Shown: positions 17,009-27,053, counted from the first letter of the stretch. The stretch is DNA of 64,000 nucleotides from Vulcanimicrobiota bacterium (GCA_013290125.1 JABCYQ010000002.1:128909-192908), one strand, 5' to 3'. Numbers and translations: made by a program. The notes: generated by a model from the sequence alone, not told the origin.

Positions 17009-17923
17009 ATGCGCACGTTTGCCGTCACCAAAGCGCAAGGGACGGGCAACGACTTCATCGTGCTCGAGAATCCGTCCGGTGATCGCGTGCCGTATGCGGC
17101 GCTCGCGCGCAAATGGTGCAGGCGCGGGCATGATATCGGAGCGGACGGACTTCTCATCCTTGAGACGCCCACAGCGCCCCGCGCGGATTTTGCGATGCGC
17201 ATCTTCAATGCCGACGGCAGCGAAGCCGAGATGTGCGGCAACGGACTTCGCTGCATCGCACTTTACCTGGCGCTCAACCGCGCAAGTCTCCCCACCGCGC
17301 TGACGGCCCAGACCAAAGCTGGACTCGTCACGATGCGAATCGTGGTTGGCGATGGCAAAGCTGCGATGGCCGGTGACGGCGCAACGGCCGTGGCAGTCGA
17401 CATGGGCGTACCGCGTCTGCTCCGCCGCGAGATCCCGATGCGCGGCGATCCGGACGACCGCGCGCTCGACGCCGCCGTAGAAACCGCGAGTGGTTCGAAG
17501 CGTCTGAGCGCGCTCTCGATGGGCAACCCGCACTGCGTGACGTTTGTCGACGAGCCCCCCGAGAAGATCGATCTGGCCGCGCACGCGGCGGCGTTGGAGC
17601 GACTCGATCTCTTTCCGCAAGGTTCGAACTACGAGCTGGCTCGCGTTGAAAACGGTGCTCTTTCGCTGCGCGTCTTCGAACGCGGTGTCGGTGAGACGAA
17701 TGCCTGCGGTTCAGGTGCTTGCGCGGCCGCCGTCGCGGCGATTGCGACCGGTCGAGCGGAATCGCCAGTCGAGGTCCGCATGCGCGGCGGCGACCTTACA
17801 ATAGAATGGCCGTCTCCGACCGCCAAGGTCATCATGACTGGATCGGCGGAGATCGTGTTCCGTGGCGAAGTCGCGCTCGGCGACGACGAATTCATGGCGA
17901 TGCTCGCCGCGGACGGGATGTGA
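17009..17923 (+). CDS. dapF: diaminopimelate epimerase
   Basis: KAQGTGNDFIVL, catalytic-Cys contexts MCGNGLRC and NACGSGACA, and SMGNPHCVTFV. Confidence 0.9.
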   Translation: MRTFAVTKAQGTGNDFIVLENPSGDRVPYAALARKWCRRGHDIGADGLLILETPTAPRADFAMRIFNADGSEAEMCGNGLRCIALYLALNRASLPTALTAQTKAGLVTMRIVVGDGKAAMAGDGATAVAVDMGVPRLLRREIPMRGDPDDRALDAAVETASGSKRLSALSMGNPHCVTFVDEPPEKIDLAAHAAALERLDLFPQGSNYELARVENGALSLRVFERGVGETNACGSGACAAAVAAIATGRAESPVEVRMRGGDLTIEWPSPTAKVIMTGSAEIVFRGEVALGDDEFMAMLAADGM

Positions 17924-19170
17924 CCACGCCGGCTCCCCTCTTCGCGCGGCAAGACGGAGCGGTGTTGGATTTTCCGCAGCTCACGGCCGCCGTCGACGAT
18001 GGACGCGAACGAACAGGCACTGAAGAAGACTACATCCCGATGCCCCCGGGTACGCTCTTACTCACGCTCCCCGGACGCGATGTGATCGCCTACGAAGGTG
18101 GCACACGTACCGTCCTGCCTGAGGTAGCGCGAGAATTCGTGGATGCGGTGGCCGTCGCGCTGCCGCTCGGTTATACGCGAACGCTCTTGCCGGCGTTCGA
18201 ACGCCGCCCCGACGCTCCGTCTCTTCCATTATATGGCTACGCTGCCGCGGCTTGGGACGGCGCTCAGATCGTCGTCGCCGCGAAGCACACAGATGCTCTC
18301 GAGTCGTGGTCGGCCCGTTCTCACGACGCCGCCGCCGTTCGCGCCGGCATCGCGGCACGCACGTCTGAGTTCGGCGCAGGCGCGCTCTTGCGCCAACTGA
18401 TCCGCTGCGCGACCGAGTACGGCTGCTATACCGCGCAGAGCATGTTCCTCAGAATCGGCGAAGCAGCTATTCCCGTGTCGCCCGCGTGCAACGCGCGCTG
18501 TATTGGGTGCATTTCCGAACAAGAGCCGGATGCCGGAATCGCGAGCGCGCAAGAACGCGTCCACGCGCTGCCGATTGTGCGTGAGATGGAGGATCTCGCG
18601 GTCGCGCACTTGGACGGCGGCGGATCCATGATCTCGTTCGGCCAGGGCTGTGAAGGCGAACCGCTGCTCGCAGCACCGCGCATCGCCGCCGCCGTCGAGG
18701 CAATAAGGAAAAGAACCACCGCCGGCATCATCCACTGCAATACGAATGCGAGCTCGCCTCGCGCGCTCGCGCGCATCATCGACGCCGGTGTCCGCTCGAT
18801 CCGCGTCAGTCTGAACTCCGCGCGGCCCGACGTCTACTCGGCATACTACCGGCCTCGCGGCTACGACTTCGGTGACGTGCTCGCAAGCCTGCAGACAGCG
18901 AGCGACGCCGGCGTGGCCATCTCGCTGAATCTGCTCACGCATCCGGGCATCACCGACGCCGAGCCTGAGATGAGCGCGTTTGGAGAAATGCTGCATAAGT
19001 TCCCGATTGAGATGGTGCAGACTAGAACACTGAACGTCGATCCTGAAACGTATTTCGCGGCAGTCGGCCGTCCGCAGCGCGCCACCGTCGGCATGCGGGC
19101 GTGGTTCGACTGGCTTGCCGCTGAATTTCCGGGCGTTCGAATTGGAAACTTTACTCGGGGCTTCGGGTAG
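17920..19170 (+). CDS. radical SAM protein, uncharacterised family, with an N-terminal extension of about 190 aa
   Basis: GTG at 17920 overlaps the dapF stop (GTGA). A CNARCIGC (CxxxCxxC) cluster is followed by a GEPLL-type SAM motif. Confidence 0.7.
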   Translation: MTTPAPLFARQDGAVLDFPQLTAAVDDGRERTGTEEDYIPMPPGTLLLTLPGRDVIAYEGGTRTVLPEVAREFVDAVAVALPLGYTRTLLPAFERRPDAPSLPLYGYAAAAWDGAQIVVAAKHTDALESWSARSHDAAAVRAGIAARTSEFGAGALLRQLIRCATEYGCYTAQSMFLRIGEAAIPVSPACNARCIGCISEQEPDAGIASAQERVHALPIVREMEDLAVAHLDGGGSMISFGQGCEGEPLLAAPRIAAAVEAIRKRTTAGIIHCNTNASSPRALARIIDAGVRSIRVSLNSARPDVYSAYYRPRGYDFGDVLASLQTASDAGVAISLNLLTHPGITDAEPEMSAFGEMLHKFPIEMVQTRTLNVDPETYFAAVGRPQRATVGMRAWFDWLAAEFPGVRIGNFTRGFG

Positions 19171-19253
19171 GATAGGGAAATCGGGACCTCGGCGATAACC
19201 GTCCCCTAATATTTTAGTTGCCGGCGTCGTGCTAGGACGGCCGGTTCGCACTT

Positions 19254-21878
19254 ATGAGGACTGAACACGAGATGATCAAGCGGATTTTGATGTCGGCGCT
19301 GGCGATGTTATTTGTCGCCGGCAATATCGCAGCTGCGCGGGCCGACGCCGCCCCCGACGGATCGGACAGCGGCCCGACGCCGTACGCGAAATTCATCGAC
19401 GGAGCGCAATCCCAGCCTGGCCTGTTCACGGTCTGGCGCAAGGACGGCAAGGTCTTTCTCGAGCTTCGCAAAGATCAACTGGACACGGACTTCATCCAGA
19501 GCGCCGTGCCGGTCAATGGTCTCGGCGGTTTCGGCATCTATCCGGGCGCTTTTGACTACGCCCCCGCGCGGCTGATCCGCTTCTCGCGAACGGATGACAA
19601 GGTCTTCATCACGTGGCCGAACACGAATTTCATGGCGCCGGCGGGAAGTCCAAATGCTCGCGCGATCGACCTGACCACCGCAGACTCTAACGTCGGCGTC
19701 GCAAAGATCGCGTCAGAAGACAGCGCAACCGGCGACATCATCATTCCCGCCGATGCGTTTCTCGGCGACGTGATCGACCTAAGCGATTCGCTGAAAAACT
19801 CGCTGGGAACGACGCCGGAGAATTCATACCGACTCGATCCGGATACGGCGAGCTTTGGCCCGACCAAAGCCTTTCCGCAGAACGTTCTGATCGAAGTCCG
19901 CCAGAACTGGGTGACCGACGTCCCCGACGTGGTCGACAACGTGCCGGATCCGCGGAGCATCTCGTTCCGCATCGACTACAACCTCGTAGCGCCGCCGAAC
20001 GACGGCTACATGCCGCGCATCGCCGACGATCGAGTGGGATACTTCTCGAACGTCGTGCTCGATTTCAGTTCCGACCGAGTCGACAGCCGGCAACTCCACT
20101 ACATCATCCGCTGGAACTTCAAGCCGCAAGATCCCACGCGGCCGTCCGTGGCGACCAATCCGATGGTGTTCTACTTGAGCAATGCGGTACCCGAGATGTA
20201 CCGGCCGGCTCTGCGTGACGGCATCATGGAATGGAACAAGGCGTTTGCGAAGGTCGGCATCCTTAACGCCGTGCAAGTCAAAGATCAGCCGAACGATCCG
20301 ACCTTTGATCCCGACGACGTGCGCAACAACATGCTGCGCTGGTTGACGGAATCCAACGGCGGCGGATTTGCCGAAGCGCAGCTGATGATCGATCCGCGAA
20401 CCGGCGAAGAGTTCCACACGGGTGTGCTCTTCGACGCCGATCTGATGTACTTCAACCACATCCAGTGGCGCGATCTCGTGGCGCCTGCGGCAGCGACCGG
20501 TCTGCGAGGTTTCGGATCGACCGAAGCGGCGTACGGCGAGGAAATGCGTGACCACGCCGCGTTCGGCAGCGTCGCGCTTAACTTGTTGGGGCGCAACGCA
20601 TCGTACTCGCAGAACCAGTTCGACTACGACTTCTTGAAGAACATCGCGCTGCACGAGTCCGGTCACGATATGGGCCTGCAGCACAACTTCATCGGCTCGG
20701 AAGCCTACACCGCAAAGCAGCTGCAGAGCAAGGCGTTCACCTCGCGCTACGGCATCGCCACGTCGGTGATGGAGTATGCGCCGATGAACATCTGGCCGAA
20801 CGGCACGCCGCAAGGCCAGTACTGGCAGATCGTCCTCGGTCCATACGACTACTACGCGATCCACTACGGCTACGCCGCGATACCCAACGCGACAACTCCG
20901 CAAGCCGAACTGTCGACGCTGCAGTCGTGGGGGACGAAGTGGTCGGATCCGATGTATCGATTTGCATCGGATGAGGATGTCTTTTGGCCGAGCGGTCACG
21001 CGGTCGATCCGCGCGTCAACCAATTCGATCTGTCCAACGACACGCTCGGATGGCTCTCGTCGCAGATGGACTTGTCGCAATCGTTACTGCACACGCTGGA
21101 TCGGCGCATGCCTGGCAACGGTCAGTCATACCAGCGCTCGCTCGACTCGTTCACCGATGTCTTCGGGTTCTACGGGTTTGACGTGCGGATGGCGGACCAC
21201 TTCGTCGCGGGGCAATACCTGTCACGCGCGCATTCCGGCGATCCCGGCAGCACGGTTCCGCTGACCGCTGTTCCGCGGTCGGAAGAACTCCGCGCATGGG
21301 GCGTGCTGGACAAGTACCTGTTCTCCGACAACGCGTGGCAGTTCTCTCCCAGGTTGTTGAACAGCATGACCTACGCCGAGTGGTCGCCGTGGAACGGCGC
21401 AGCGTGGGCGTACAACCCTCCGCCGCGCCATGACGTGCCGGTGATCGACGTCGTCGGTGCGTGGCAGCGCAATGTGCTCGACCAGGCGTTCCAACCGGCC
21501 GTGCTGCAGCGGCTCGACGCGCTCTCCCTCACGGGGCAACGCGGGCAGACGATGAGCACGAGCGATCTGTTCGATTGGGCGCAGCGCAGTGTGTTCGGCG
21601 ACCTGTCGAACGGCAACATCTCGGGGATGTCGGCGATTCGCCGCAATCTGCAAGAGACGTATGCTGGGATGCTAATTCGGATGGCGATCGCGCCGCAGCC
21701 GGGAACGCCATCGGGCGCGCAGGCACTCGCGCGCGCCAAGCTCGTGCAACTCCAGTCTACACTTCGGCAGGTGCAGACGTCGAAGTCGATCGATGAAGAG
21801 ACGCTTGCGCATCTGCAGTTCCTGCAAACGCGTGTCTCGCAGGCCCTCAACGCGCAGGTAGTGATGCCCGCGCGGTAG
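19254..21878 (+). CDS. secreted zinc-dependent metalloprotease (DUF4953/DUF5117-like)
   Basis: Signal peptide (MIKRILMSALAMLFVAGNIAAARA from the alternative ATG at 19272) and zinc motif HESGHDMGLQHNF. Confidence 0.75.
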   Translation: MRTEHEMIKRILMSALAMLFVAGNIAAARADAAPDGSDSGPTPYAKFIDGAQSQPGLFTVWRKDGKVFLELRKDQLDTDFIQSAVPVNGLGGFGIYPGAFDYAPARLIRFSRTDDKVFITWPNTNFMAPAGSPNARAIDLTTADSNVGVAKIASEDSATGDIIIPADAFLGDVIDLSDSLKNSLGTTPENSYRLDPDTASFGPTKAFPQNVLIEVRQNWVTDVPDVVDNVPDPRSISFRIDYNLVAPPNDGYMPRIADDRVGYFSNVVLDFSSDRVDSRQLHYIIRWNFKPQDPTRPSVATNPMVFYLSNAVPEMYRPALRDGIMEWNKAFAKVGILNAVQVKDQPNDPTFDPDDVRNNMLRWLTESNGGGFAEAQLMIDPRTGEEFHTGVLFDADLMYFNHIQWRDLVAPAAATGLRGFGSTEAAYGEEMRDHAAFGSVALNLLGRNASYSQNQFDYDFLKNIALHESGHDMGLQHNFIGSEAYTAKQLQSKAFTSRYGIATSVMEYAPMNIWPNGTPQGQYWQIVLGPYDYYAIHYGYAAIPNATTPQAELSTLQSWGTKWSDPMYRFASDEDVFWPSGHAVDPRVNQFDLSNDTLGWLSSQMDLSQSLLHTLDRRMPGNGQSYQRSLDSFTDVFGFYGFDVRMADHFVAGQYLSRAHSGDPGSTVPLTAVPRSEELRAWGVLDKYLFSDNAWQFSPRLLNSMTYAEWSPWNGAAWAYNPPPRHDVPVIDVVGAWQRNVLDQAFQPAVLQRLDALSLTGQRGQTMSTSDLFDWAQRSVFGDLSNGNISGMSAIRRNLQETYAGMLIRMAIAPQPGTPSGAQALARAKLVQLQSTLRQVQTSKSIDEETLAHLQFLQTRVSQALNAQVVMPAR

Positions 21879-21895
21879 TCGAACGCTCGACATGA

Positions 21896-22088
21896 CTGAA
21901 GGGGCCGACATGTCTGAAGGGGCCGACATGTCTGAAGGGGCCGACATGTCTGAAGGGGCCGACATGTCTGAAGGGGCCGATTTTATATCGGCCCTGGCTG
22001 TCATAACGTAGACAAGAAAACTGAAGGGGCCGACGCTAGTCAGCCCCTTTTTTAATTGCGAGGGCCGACATAAAGTCGGCCCCTTCAG
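21896..22088. repeat. REP-like palindromic element, locus 3, composite with 4 tandem 18-bp units and three hairpins
   Basis: CTGAAGGGGCCGACATGT starts at 21896, 21914, 21932 and 21950, plus a diverged fifth copy. Hairpins at about 21973-21993, 22024-22049 and 22062-22083. It ends in GTCGGCCCCTTCAG. Confidence 0.9.
22024..22053. terminator. probable bidirectional intrinsic terminator formed by a REP-like hairpin
   Basis: AAGGGGCCGAC-GCTA-GTCAGCCCCTT (11-bp stem, one mismatch) is followed by TTTTTT and preceded by AGAAAA. It lies between the convergent metalloprotease and trkA genes. Confidence 0.6.
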
Positions 22089-22111
22089 GCGGCCTTGTCA
22101 GGCGATTCGTT

Positions 22112-22771
22112 TCAGCCCACCAACTGCGCTTTGAGTTCCGGCGCTGCGCCGGGCTGCGTCACGATCAACATCGTGTCCCCGGCATTGACTTCTGTGTCTC
22201 CGTCCGGCACGAGAAGATCGCCCGCTCGCTCGAGCGCTACGATCACCGCATGCTTCGGCAGCTGTAGCTGCGCCAGGCGGCGATGGCTCGCGGGCGACGT
22301 GGCCGGGATCGAGAGCTGCACGAGCTCGAGGTTGCCGCCTTTGAACGTCATGAGCGGCGAGATATCCCTGACGTTCACTTCTTGCTGCACGATCTTCATG
22401 ACGACTTCGGTGCCGCTTATGACCGAGTCTATGCCGAGTTCCTCGAAGATCTGCTTGTTCTTTGGATTGTTGATGCGCGCGATCGTGCGCGGCTTGTGGA
22501 ACTTGCGCTTGGTGACGAGACAGATGACGAGATTGTCCTCGTCGTCGCCCGTGTCTGCGATGACGACGTCGGCGCGCATAACGCCGGCTTCCTCGAGGAC
22601 GAGCGGATCGCAGCCGTCGCCGACGTGCGCGATCTCGCGCTCCAAGAACTGCGACAGGCGCTGGGCTTTGCGCTCATCCTTTTCGATGACGATGACTTCA
22701 TGCTGTTGCTCGAGCAGCGCCTTTGCGAGATACGTGCCGAGCTTGCCGCCGCCGACGACGATGATGAACAC
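22112..22771 (-). CDS. trkA: Trk/Ktr potassium uptake system NAD-binding subunit
   Basis: MFIIVVGGGKLGTYLAKALLEQQHEVIVIEKD Rossmann TrkA-N domain plus a TrkA-C domain. Confidence 0.85.
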   Translation of the reverse strand: MFIIVVGGGKLGTYLAKALLEQQHEVIVIEKDERKAQRLSQFLEREIAHVGDGCDPLVLEEAGVMRADVVIADTGDDEDNLVICLVTKRKFHKPRTIARINNPKNKQIFEELGIDSVISGTEVVMKIVQQEVNVRDISPLMTFKGGNLELVQLSIPATSPASHRRLAQLQLPKHAVIVALERAGDLLVPDGDTEVNAGDTMLIVTQPGAAPELKAQLVG

Positions 22772-23437
22772 TTAACCTGCCTTGGCCAATGTGGCCTCGA
22801 TGGTCTTGCGATATTCGTCCAAGAAATCCGGCTGGACAGACGCGACGATGCGGTCGCCGGCTTCGAGCCGCATCTCGGGCGTGGGTATGCGCGACGCGCC
22901 GTCGCGACGCACCACGACGCAGACCTGTGTCTTGCCTTCGATCGTGAGTTCCGACACGAGCTTCGTGCGCGCGCTCTCGCCGACGACGAACTCGATGATC
23001 TCGACGTCGGGCCGTTCGTACGGCAGCACCCGGAAATTATGTTCTTCGAGCGCGTCGGCCATGAGGCGCGCGCCGACCGTGGTGGGGCAGATCGTGGAGA
23101 TCCCGAAATCGCGATACATGGAAGACCGTTCGGGGTCATAGATGCGCGCCACGACATGCTTGATCTTGAAATGCTGCTGCGCGATCAACGCCGCCATGAT
23201 ATTGCGGTTGTCGCCTTGCGTCACCGCGGCAAAGCCGTCGGCCCGATCCGCGCCGGCGCGCTTGAGGACATCAACGTCGATGCCTGTTCCAAGCACGAGA
23301 TTGCCGGGAAAATCGCGGCCGAGCCGCCGGAACGCGGCGGAACTTTCGTCTACGACCGAGACGGAGTGGCCAGCTCGTGCGAGACGTTTCGCAAGAGTGG
23401 ATCCGACGCGACCGCAACCGACGATGAGATAACGCAT
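22772..23437 (-). CDS. trkA: Trk/Ktr potassium uptake system NAD-binding subunit (second paralog)
   Basis: ATG at 23437 gives MRYLIVGCGRVGSTLAKRLARAGHSVSVVDES. The longer track ORF would run over the tRNA gene and is rejected. Confidence 0.85.
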   Translation of the reverse strand: MRYLIVGCGRVGSTLAKRLARAGHSVSVVDESSAAFRRLGRDFPGNLVLGTGIDVDVLKRAGADRADGFAAVTQGDNRNIMAALIAQQHFKIKHVVARIYDPERSSMYRDFGISTICPTTVGARLMADALEEHNFRVLPYERPDVEIIEFVVGESARTKLVSELTIEGKTQVCVVVRRDGASRIPTPEMRLEAGDRIVASVQPDFLDEYRKTIEATLAKAG

Positions 23438-23581
23438 GAAATGATCGACTCCGAGATGCAACTGATCTAACCTTGCTGCGGGCCGGAATGTTCTTGGTAA
23501 CGCATGTGTTTCCCCGCACCGTGCGCTGTTCGGCAAGGAGGCGATGAACGCACGAACGAACGATTGCCGGTCGGCACCGGT

Positions 23582-23656
<75 letters not shown>

Positions 23657-23682
23657 TGCCGATCGTCGTAATAGGGTCGTCG

Positions 23683-24081
23683 ATGTTCTCGCATTATGGT
23701 TCTGCGGCGCGCGCCGTCATCAAGCTTGCCGAACAAGAATGCCGCAACGCGAACCACTATTTTCTTGGAACCGAACACATACTGCTCGCGATGACGATCG
23801 ATCCGACGCCGGATATCGCGGCGTTCTTCAAGGACGCCCATCTCGACCGCTACGATGTGAAGCGCGCCCTGTTCGCCGCGATGGGCGAAGCGGCCGACCA
23901 TCCGTGGGATGGCGTCCTCATCACGCCGCGCGTACAAAAAGTTCTCGCCGCCGCATGCGAGCGCAGCGGCGGTCCGCAGGCCGTGCAACCGCGCGACATC
24001 GTTGATGCGATCGTAGAAGACGGCGGCGGCGTGGCAGCACGCGTCCTTGCCGGGCTTCGCGCAAGCTTGCCCGCGCGCTGA
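23683..24081 (+). CDS. stand-alone Clp N-terminal (Clp_R) domain protein
   Basis: AARAVIKLAEQECRNANHYFLGTEHILLAM and ITPRVQKVLAAACERS are the two Clp_N repeats. ATG at 23683 is chosen because the track start at 23656 overlaps the tRNA. Confidence 0.65.
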   Translation: MFSHYGSAARAVIKLAEQECRNANHYFLGTEHILLAMTIDPTPDIAAFFKDAHLDRYDVKRALFAAMGEAADHPWDGVLITPRVQKVLAAACERSGGPQAVQPRDIVDAIVEDGGGVAARVLAGLRASLPAR

Positions 24082-24083
24082 CC

Positions 24084-24731
24084 ATGCATCTCTTTCAGGT
24101 CGTCACGGCCTGGGTGCTCGATCTCATCCGGCATCTCGGCTACGGCGGCATCGCGATCGGCATGATGCTGCAGGCGATCGGCGTGCCGCTTCCGAGCGAA
24201 GTCATGATGTCGTTCGGCGGTTATCTCGCGTACACGCGCGAGCTCGTGCTGCCGGGAGTCATCATAGCGGGTACGGCCGGCGATACGATCGGCGCCGCCA
24301 TCGCCTATGCGATCGGATACTTCGGCGGGCGGCCGCTCGTCATGCGGTTCGGGCGGCTGATCTTCGTCCGAGAACGCGAGCTCGAACACGCACACGATTG
24401 GATCATCCGGTTCGGCGCGCGCGCGGTTCTGCTGTGTAAGCTCCTACCGGCCATTCGCGCTGTCGCGTCGTTGCCGGCCGGCGTCGTGCGCATGCCGTTT
24501 TGGCGGTTCATCGGATTCACGCTCATCGGTTCCACGATCTGGTGCACGGGATTCGCCTATATTGGCCTTGCGCTCGGCCGTCATTGGTATGCGCTCACCG
24601 GCGTGTTCCATCGGTTCGCGCTGCTCTTGATCGTGCTCATCGTCGTGGCCATCGGCATCTGGATCTGGTCGCATTTGCGATCGGGCGCGCAGCGCGCCGC
24701 CGCCAAACAGGCCGATCCCACCAACCCGTAA
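24084..24731 (+). CDS. DedA family membrane protein
   Basis: 215-aa polytopic protein with the IGVPLPSE re-entrant motif typical of DedA/SNARE-associated proteins. Confidence 0.8.
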   Translation: MHLFQVVTAWVLDLIRHLGYGGIAIGMMLQAIGVPLPSEVMMSFGGYLAYTRELVLPGVIIAGTAGDTIGAAIAYAIGYFGGRPLVMRFGRLIFVRERELEHAHDWIIRFGARAVLLCKLLPAIRAVASLPAGVVRMPFWRFIGFTLIGSTIWCTGFAYIGLALGRHWYALTGVFHRFALLLIVLIVVAIGIWIWSHLRSGAQRAAAKQADPTNP

Positions 24732-24791
24732 TTCGCAATCCCGAACCCGTAGTAGGGCAAGCAACGCTTGCCCACTAAACATAAAACACCC

Positions 24792-26636
24792 ATGACCGCG
24801 ACCGATCTCAACGAAAACGTCCGCAACGCGCTGGAACGGCTGCCAGCCGAGCCGGGCGTCTATCAGATGCTCGACGAGCGCGGTGACGTTCTCTACGTCG
24901 GCAAAGCCATAGACCTGCGCTCGCGCGTCCGTTCGTATTTCCAACCTGGACGGCCGCATGTAGCGCGCACCGATGCGATGGTCGAACTCGTGCGCGATAT
25001 CCGCACGATCATCGTCGCGAACGACACCGAAGCGTTGCTGCTCGAGAGCAACCTCATCAAGCAGCACCGCCCGCCGTTCAACATCCGGCTGAAGGACGAC
25101 AAGTCGTATCCGCACCTGAAGCTGACGATGGGCGAGCGGTTCCCGCGCCTCATCTTCACGCGCAAGCTCATCGACGACGGCGGCCGCTACTTCGGGCCGT
25201 ACACCAACGCCGCGGCGTTGCGCGAGGTCATCGAGATAGTGCGCCGCGCGTTCCCGCTGCGCACCTGCACCGGCGAGATCGGCGTGACATATCGCCGGCC
25301 GTGTCTGCAGTATCACATCAAGCGTTGCATGGCGCCATGCGCGTTCTTGCAGACAGAACCGGAATACGACGCGATCGTCGCCGAAGTCGCACTGTTTCTG
25401 GAAGGCCGGTTCGAAGCGCTGATCTCGCGGATCGAACGCGAGATGCAGAAGGCGTCGGACGACATGGCCTACGAACAAGCGGCGCGCCTGCGCGATCGAC
25501 TTGCCGATCTGCATCGCGTCATGGCGCGGCAAGCGGTCGTGTGGCGCAGCCGCATCGACATGGACGTCGTCGCTGCGGCCCACGGGCAAGGTGTCTCGTG
25601 CGTCGAGGTTTTCTTCGTGCGTGCCGGTTTGCTCGTCGGACAAGAGTCATCGATCGTGGAGGGTACCGAAGGCCGCGGCCCCGATGAAGTGCTCGCGGAG
25701 TTCGTCCAGCAGTACTACGCGCGCGCACCGAAGATTCCTAAAGAGATCATGGTCGAGGCGCGCATCCCCGATCGCGAAGCGGTGGAGCGCGCTCTCTCTG
25801 GCAAGCGCGGTAATCGCGTCCGCATTCTCGCGCCGGAGCGCGGACCGCGCGCCGAGTATCTGCGCAAAGTGCGGCGCAACGCGGAGCAGCATCTGGCGGA
25901 TCACCTAACGCGGACGGCCATTGCCGACGAACGCGCGTCCGTTGCGTTAGATGAGATCGCCGCGGCGCTGAACTTGCCGACTCAGCCGCGCCGCATCGAG
26001 TGTTACGACATCTCACACGTACAGGGTACGGACGTCGTGGGATCGATGGTCGTGTTCGAAGACGGCCGTTCGCGCAAGGCCGACTATCGGCGCTTCAAGA
26101 TCCAAGGCGACGGCAACGACGACTTCGCGAACATGGCGCAGATGCTGCGCCGCAGGCTGCGCTACCTCAACGAACCCGCAGGCGGGAAGGAGAAGAAGTT
26201 CGCTCGGCGTCCCGATCTGCTTTTGATCGACGGCGGACGTGGTCAGCTCAACGCCGCGCTCGAGATCTTGCGCGAACTCGACCTGATCGCGATTCCGGTC
26301 GCGGCGCTAGCGAAACAGTTCGAGGAACTCTATCTGCCGGGCGAAGCGGAGCCCGTGCTTCTCGCGGCTAACTCGCCGGCAATGCACCTCGTCCAGCGGA
26401 TTCGAGACGAGGCGCATCGCTTCGCGGTGACGTATCACCGGACACTACGCGGCAAGCGTCAGATAGCGTCGCCGCTCGATGCCGTTCCGGGGGTCGGCGC
26501 CGCCCGGAAAAAAGCGCTGCTTCGAAAATTCGGTTCGGCTTCCGGCGTGCGCCGCGCGTCGGAAGAACAGCTCCGTACGGTGCCGGGGATTTCGGCATCC
26601 GTCGCACACTCCATCAAGGAGGCGTTGAACACTTAG
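24792..26636 (+). CDS. uvrC: excinuclease ABC subunit C
   Basis: N-terminal GIY-YIG (PGVYQMLDERGDVLYVGKAIDLRSRVRSYF), UVR domain, and a C-terminal RNase H-like/HhH region. Confidence 0.95.
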   Translation: MTATDLNENVRNALERLPAEPGVYQMLDERGDVLYVGKAIDLRSRVRSYFQPGRPHVARTDAMVELVRDIRTIIVANDTEALLLESNLIKQHRPPFNIRLKDDKSYPHLKLTMGERFPRLIFTRKLIDDGGRYFGPYTNAAALREVIEIVRRAFPLRTCTGEIGVTYRRPCLQYHIKRCMAPCAFLQTEPEYDAIVAEVALFLEGRFEALISRIEREMQKASDDMAYEQAARLRDRLADLHRVMARQAVVWRSRIDMDVVAAAHGQGVSCVEVFFVRAGLLVGQESSIVEGTEGRGPDEVLAEFVQQYYARAPKIPKEIMVEARIPDREAVERALSGKRGNRVRILAPERGPRAEYLRKVRRNAEQHLADHLTRTAIADERASVALDEIAAALNLPTQPRRIECYDISHVQGTDVVGSMVVFEDGRSRKADYRRFKIQGDGNDDFANMAQMLRRRLRYLNEPAGGKEKKFARRPDLLLIDGGRGQLNAALEILRELDLIAIPVAALAKQFEELYLPGEAEPVLLAANSPAMHLVQRIRDEAHRFAVTYHRTLRGKRQIASPLDAVPGVGAARKKALLRKFGSASGVRRASEEQLRTVPGISASVAHSIKEALNT

Positions 26637-27002
26637 ATGCGATTTATAGTGCGCCTGATCGTGAACGCGCTCGCGCTCTGGCTGATCTCGTACATCCATT
26701 TCATGGGGATCCACGCGGACACGCTCACCGCGATCTTGATCGGCGGACTTGTGTTGGGTATCGCCAACGCGATCATCCGGCCGATTCTCATGGTCCTGAC
26801 GTGCCCGCTCGTCATACTGACGCTCGGCCTGTTCACGTTGATCATCAACGGGCTGATCTTCGAGTGGGTGTTGAAACTGGTTCCGGGCTTCCATGTCCCC
26901 GATCTTTGGGCCGCGATCTGGGGCGCGGTCGCTGTGACGGTCATCTCATGGATCGCATCGCTGATCTTGCACGACGAGGGCGAAGCGAAGAGATCACGGT
27001 AG
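26637..27002 (+). CDS. phage holin family IV-like (DUF360) small membrane protein
   Basis: 121 aa with four hydrophobic helices. LIGGLVLGIANAIIRPILMVLTCPLVILTLGLFTLIINGLIF resembles PF04020-type proteins. The ATG abuts the uvrC TAG. Confidence 0.6.
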   Translation: MRFIVRLIVNALALWLISYIHFMGIHADTLTAILIGGLVLGIANAIIRPILMVLTCPLVILTLGLFTLIINGLIFEWVLKLVPGFHVPDLWAAIWGAVAVTVISWIASLILHDEGEAKRSR

Positions 27003-27053
27003 AGGATGGCGGGCTGGTCGGCTTCCGCCGGGACGGCGCCGACCTTGCGCGGC

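Noticed and set aside
21672-22004. 110-aa minus-strand ORF with SAPSDM peptide repeats
   Set aside because: It is simply the translation of the 18-bp DNA tandem repeat between two convergent genes. It has no RBS or coding context.
26637-27002. Prophage remnant, suggested by the phage holin family IV-like protein
   Set aside because: It is a single small membrane protein gene abutting uvrC. No lysin, terminase, capsid or integrase genes are nearby, and this family is widespread in non-phage contexts.
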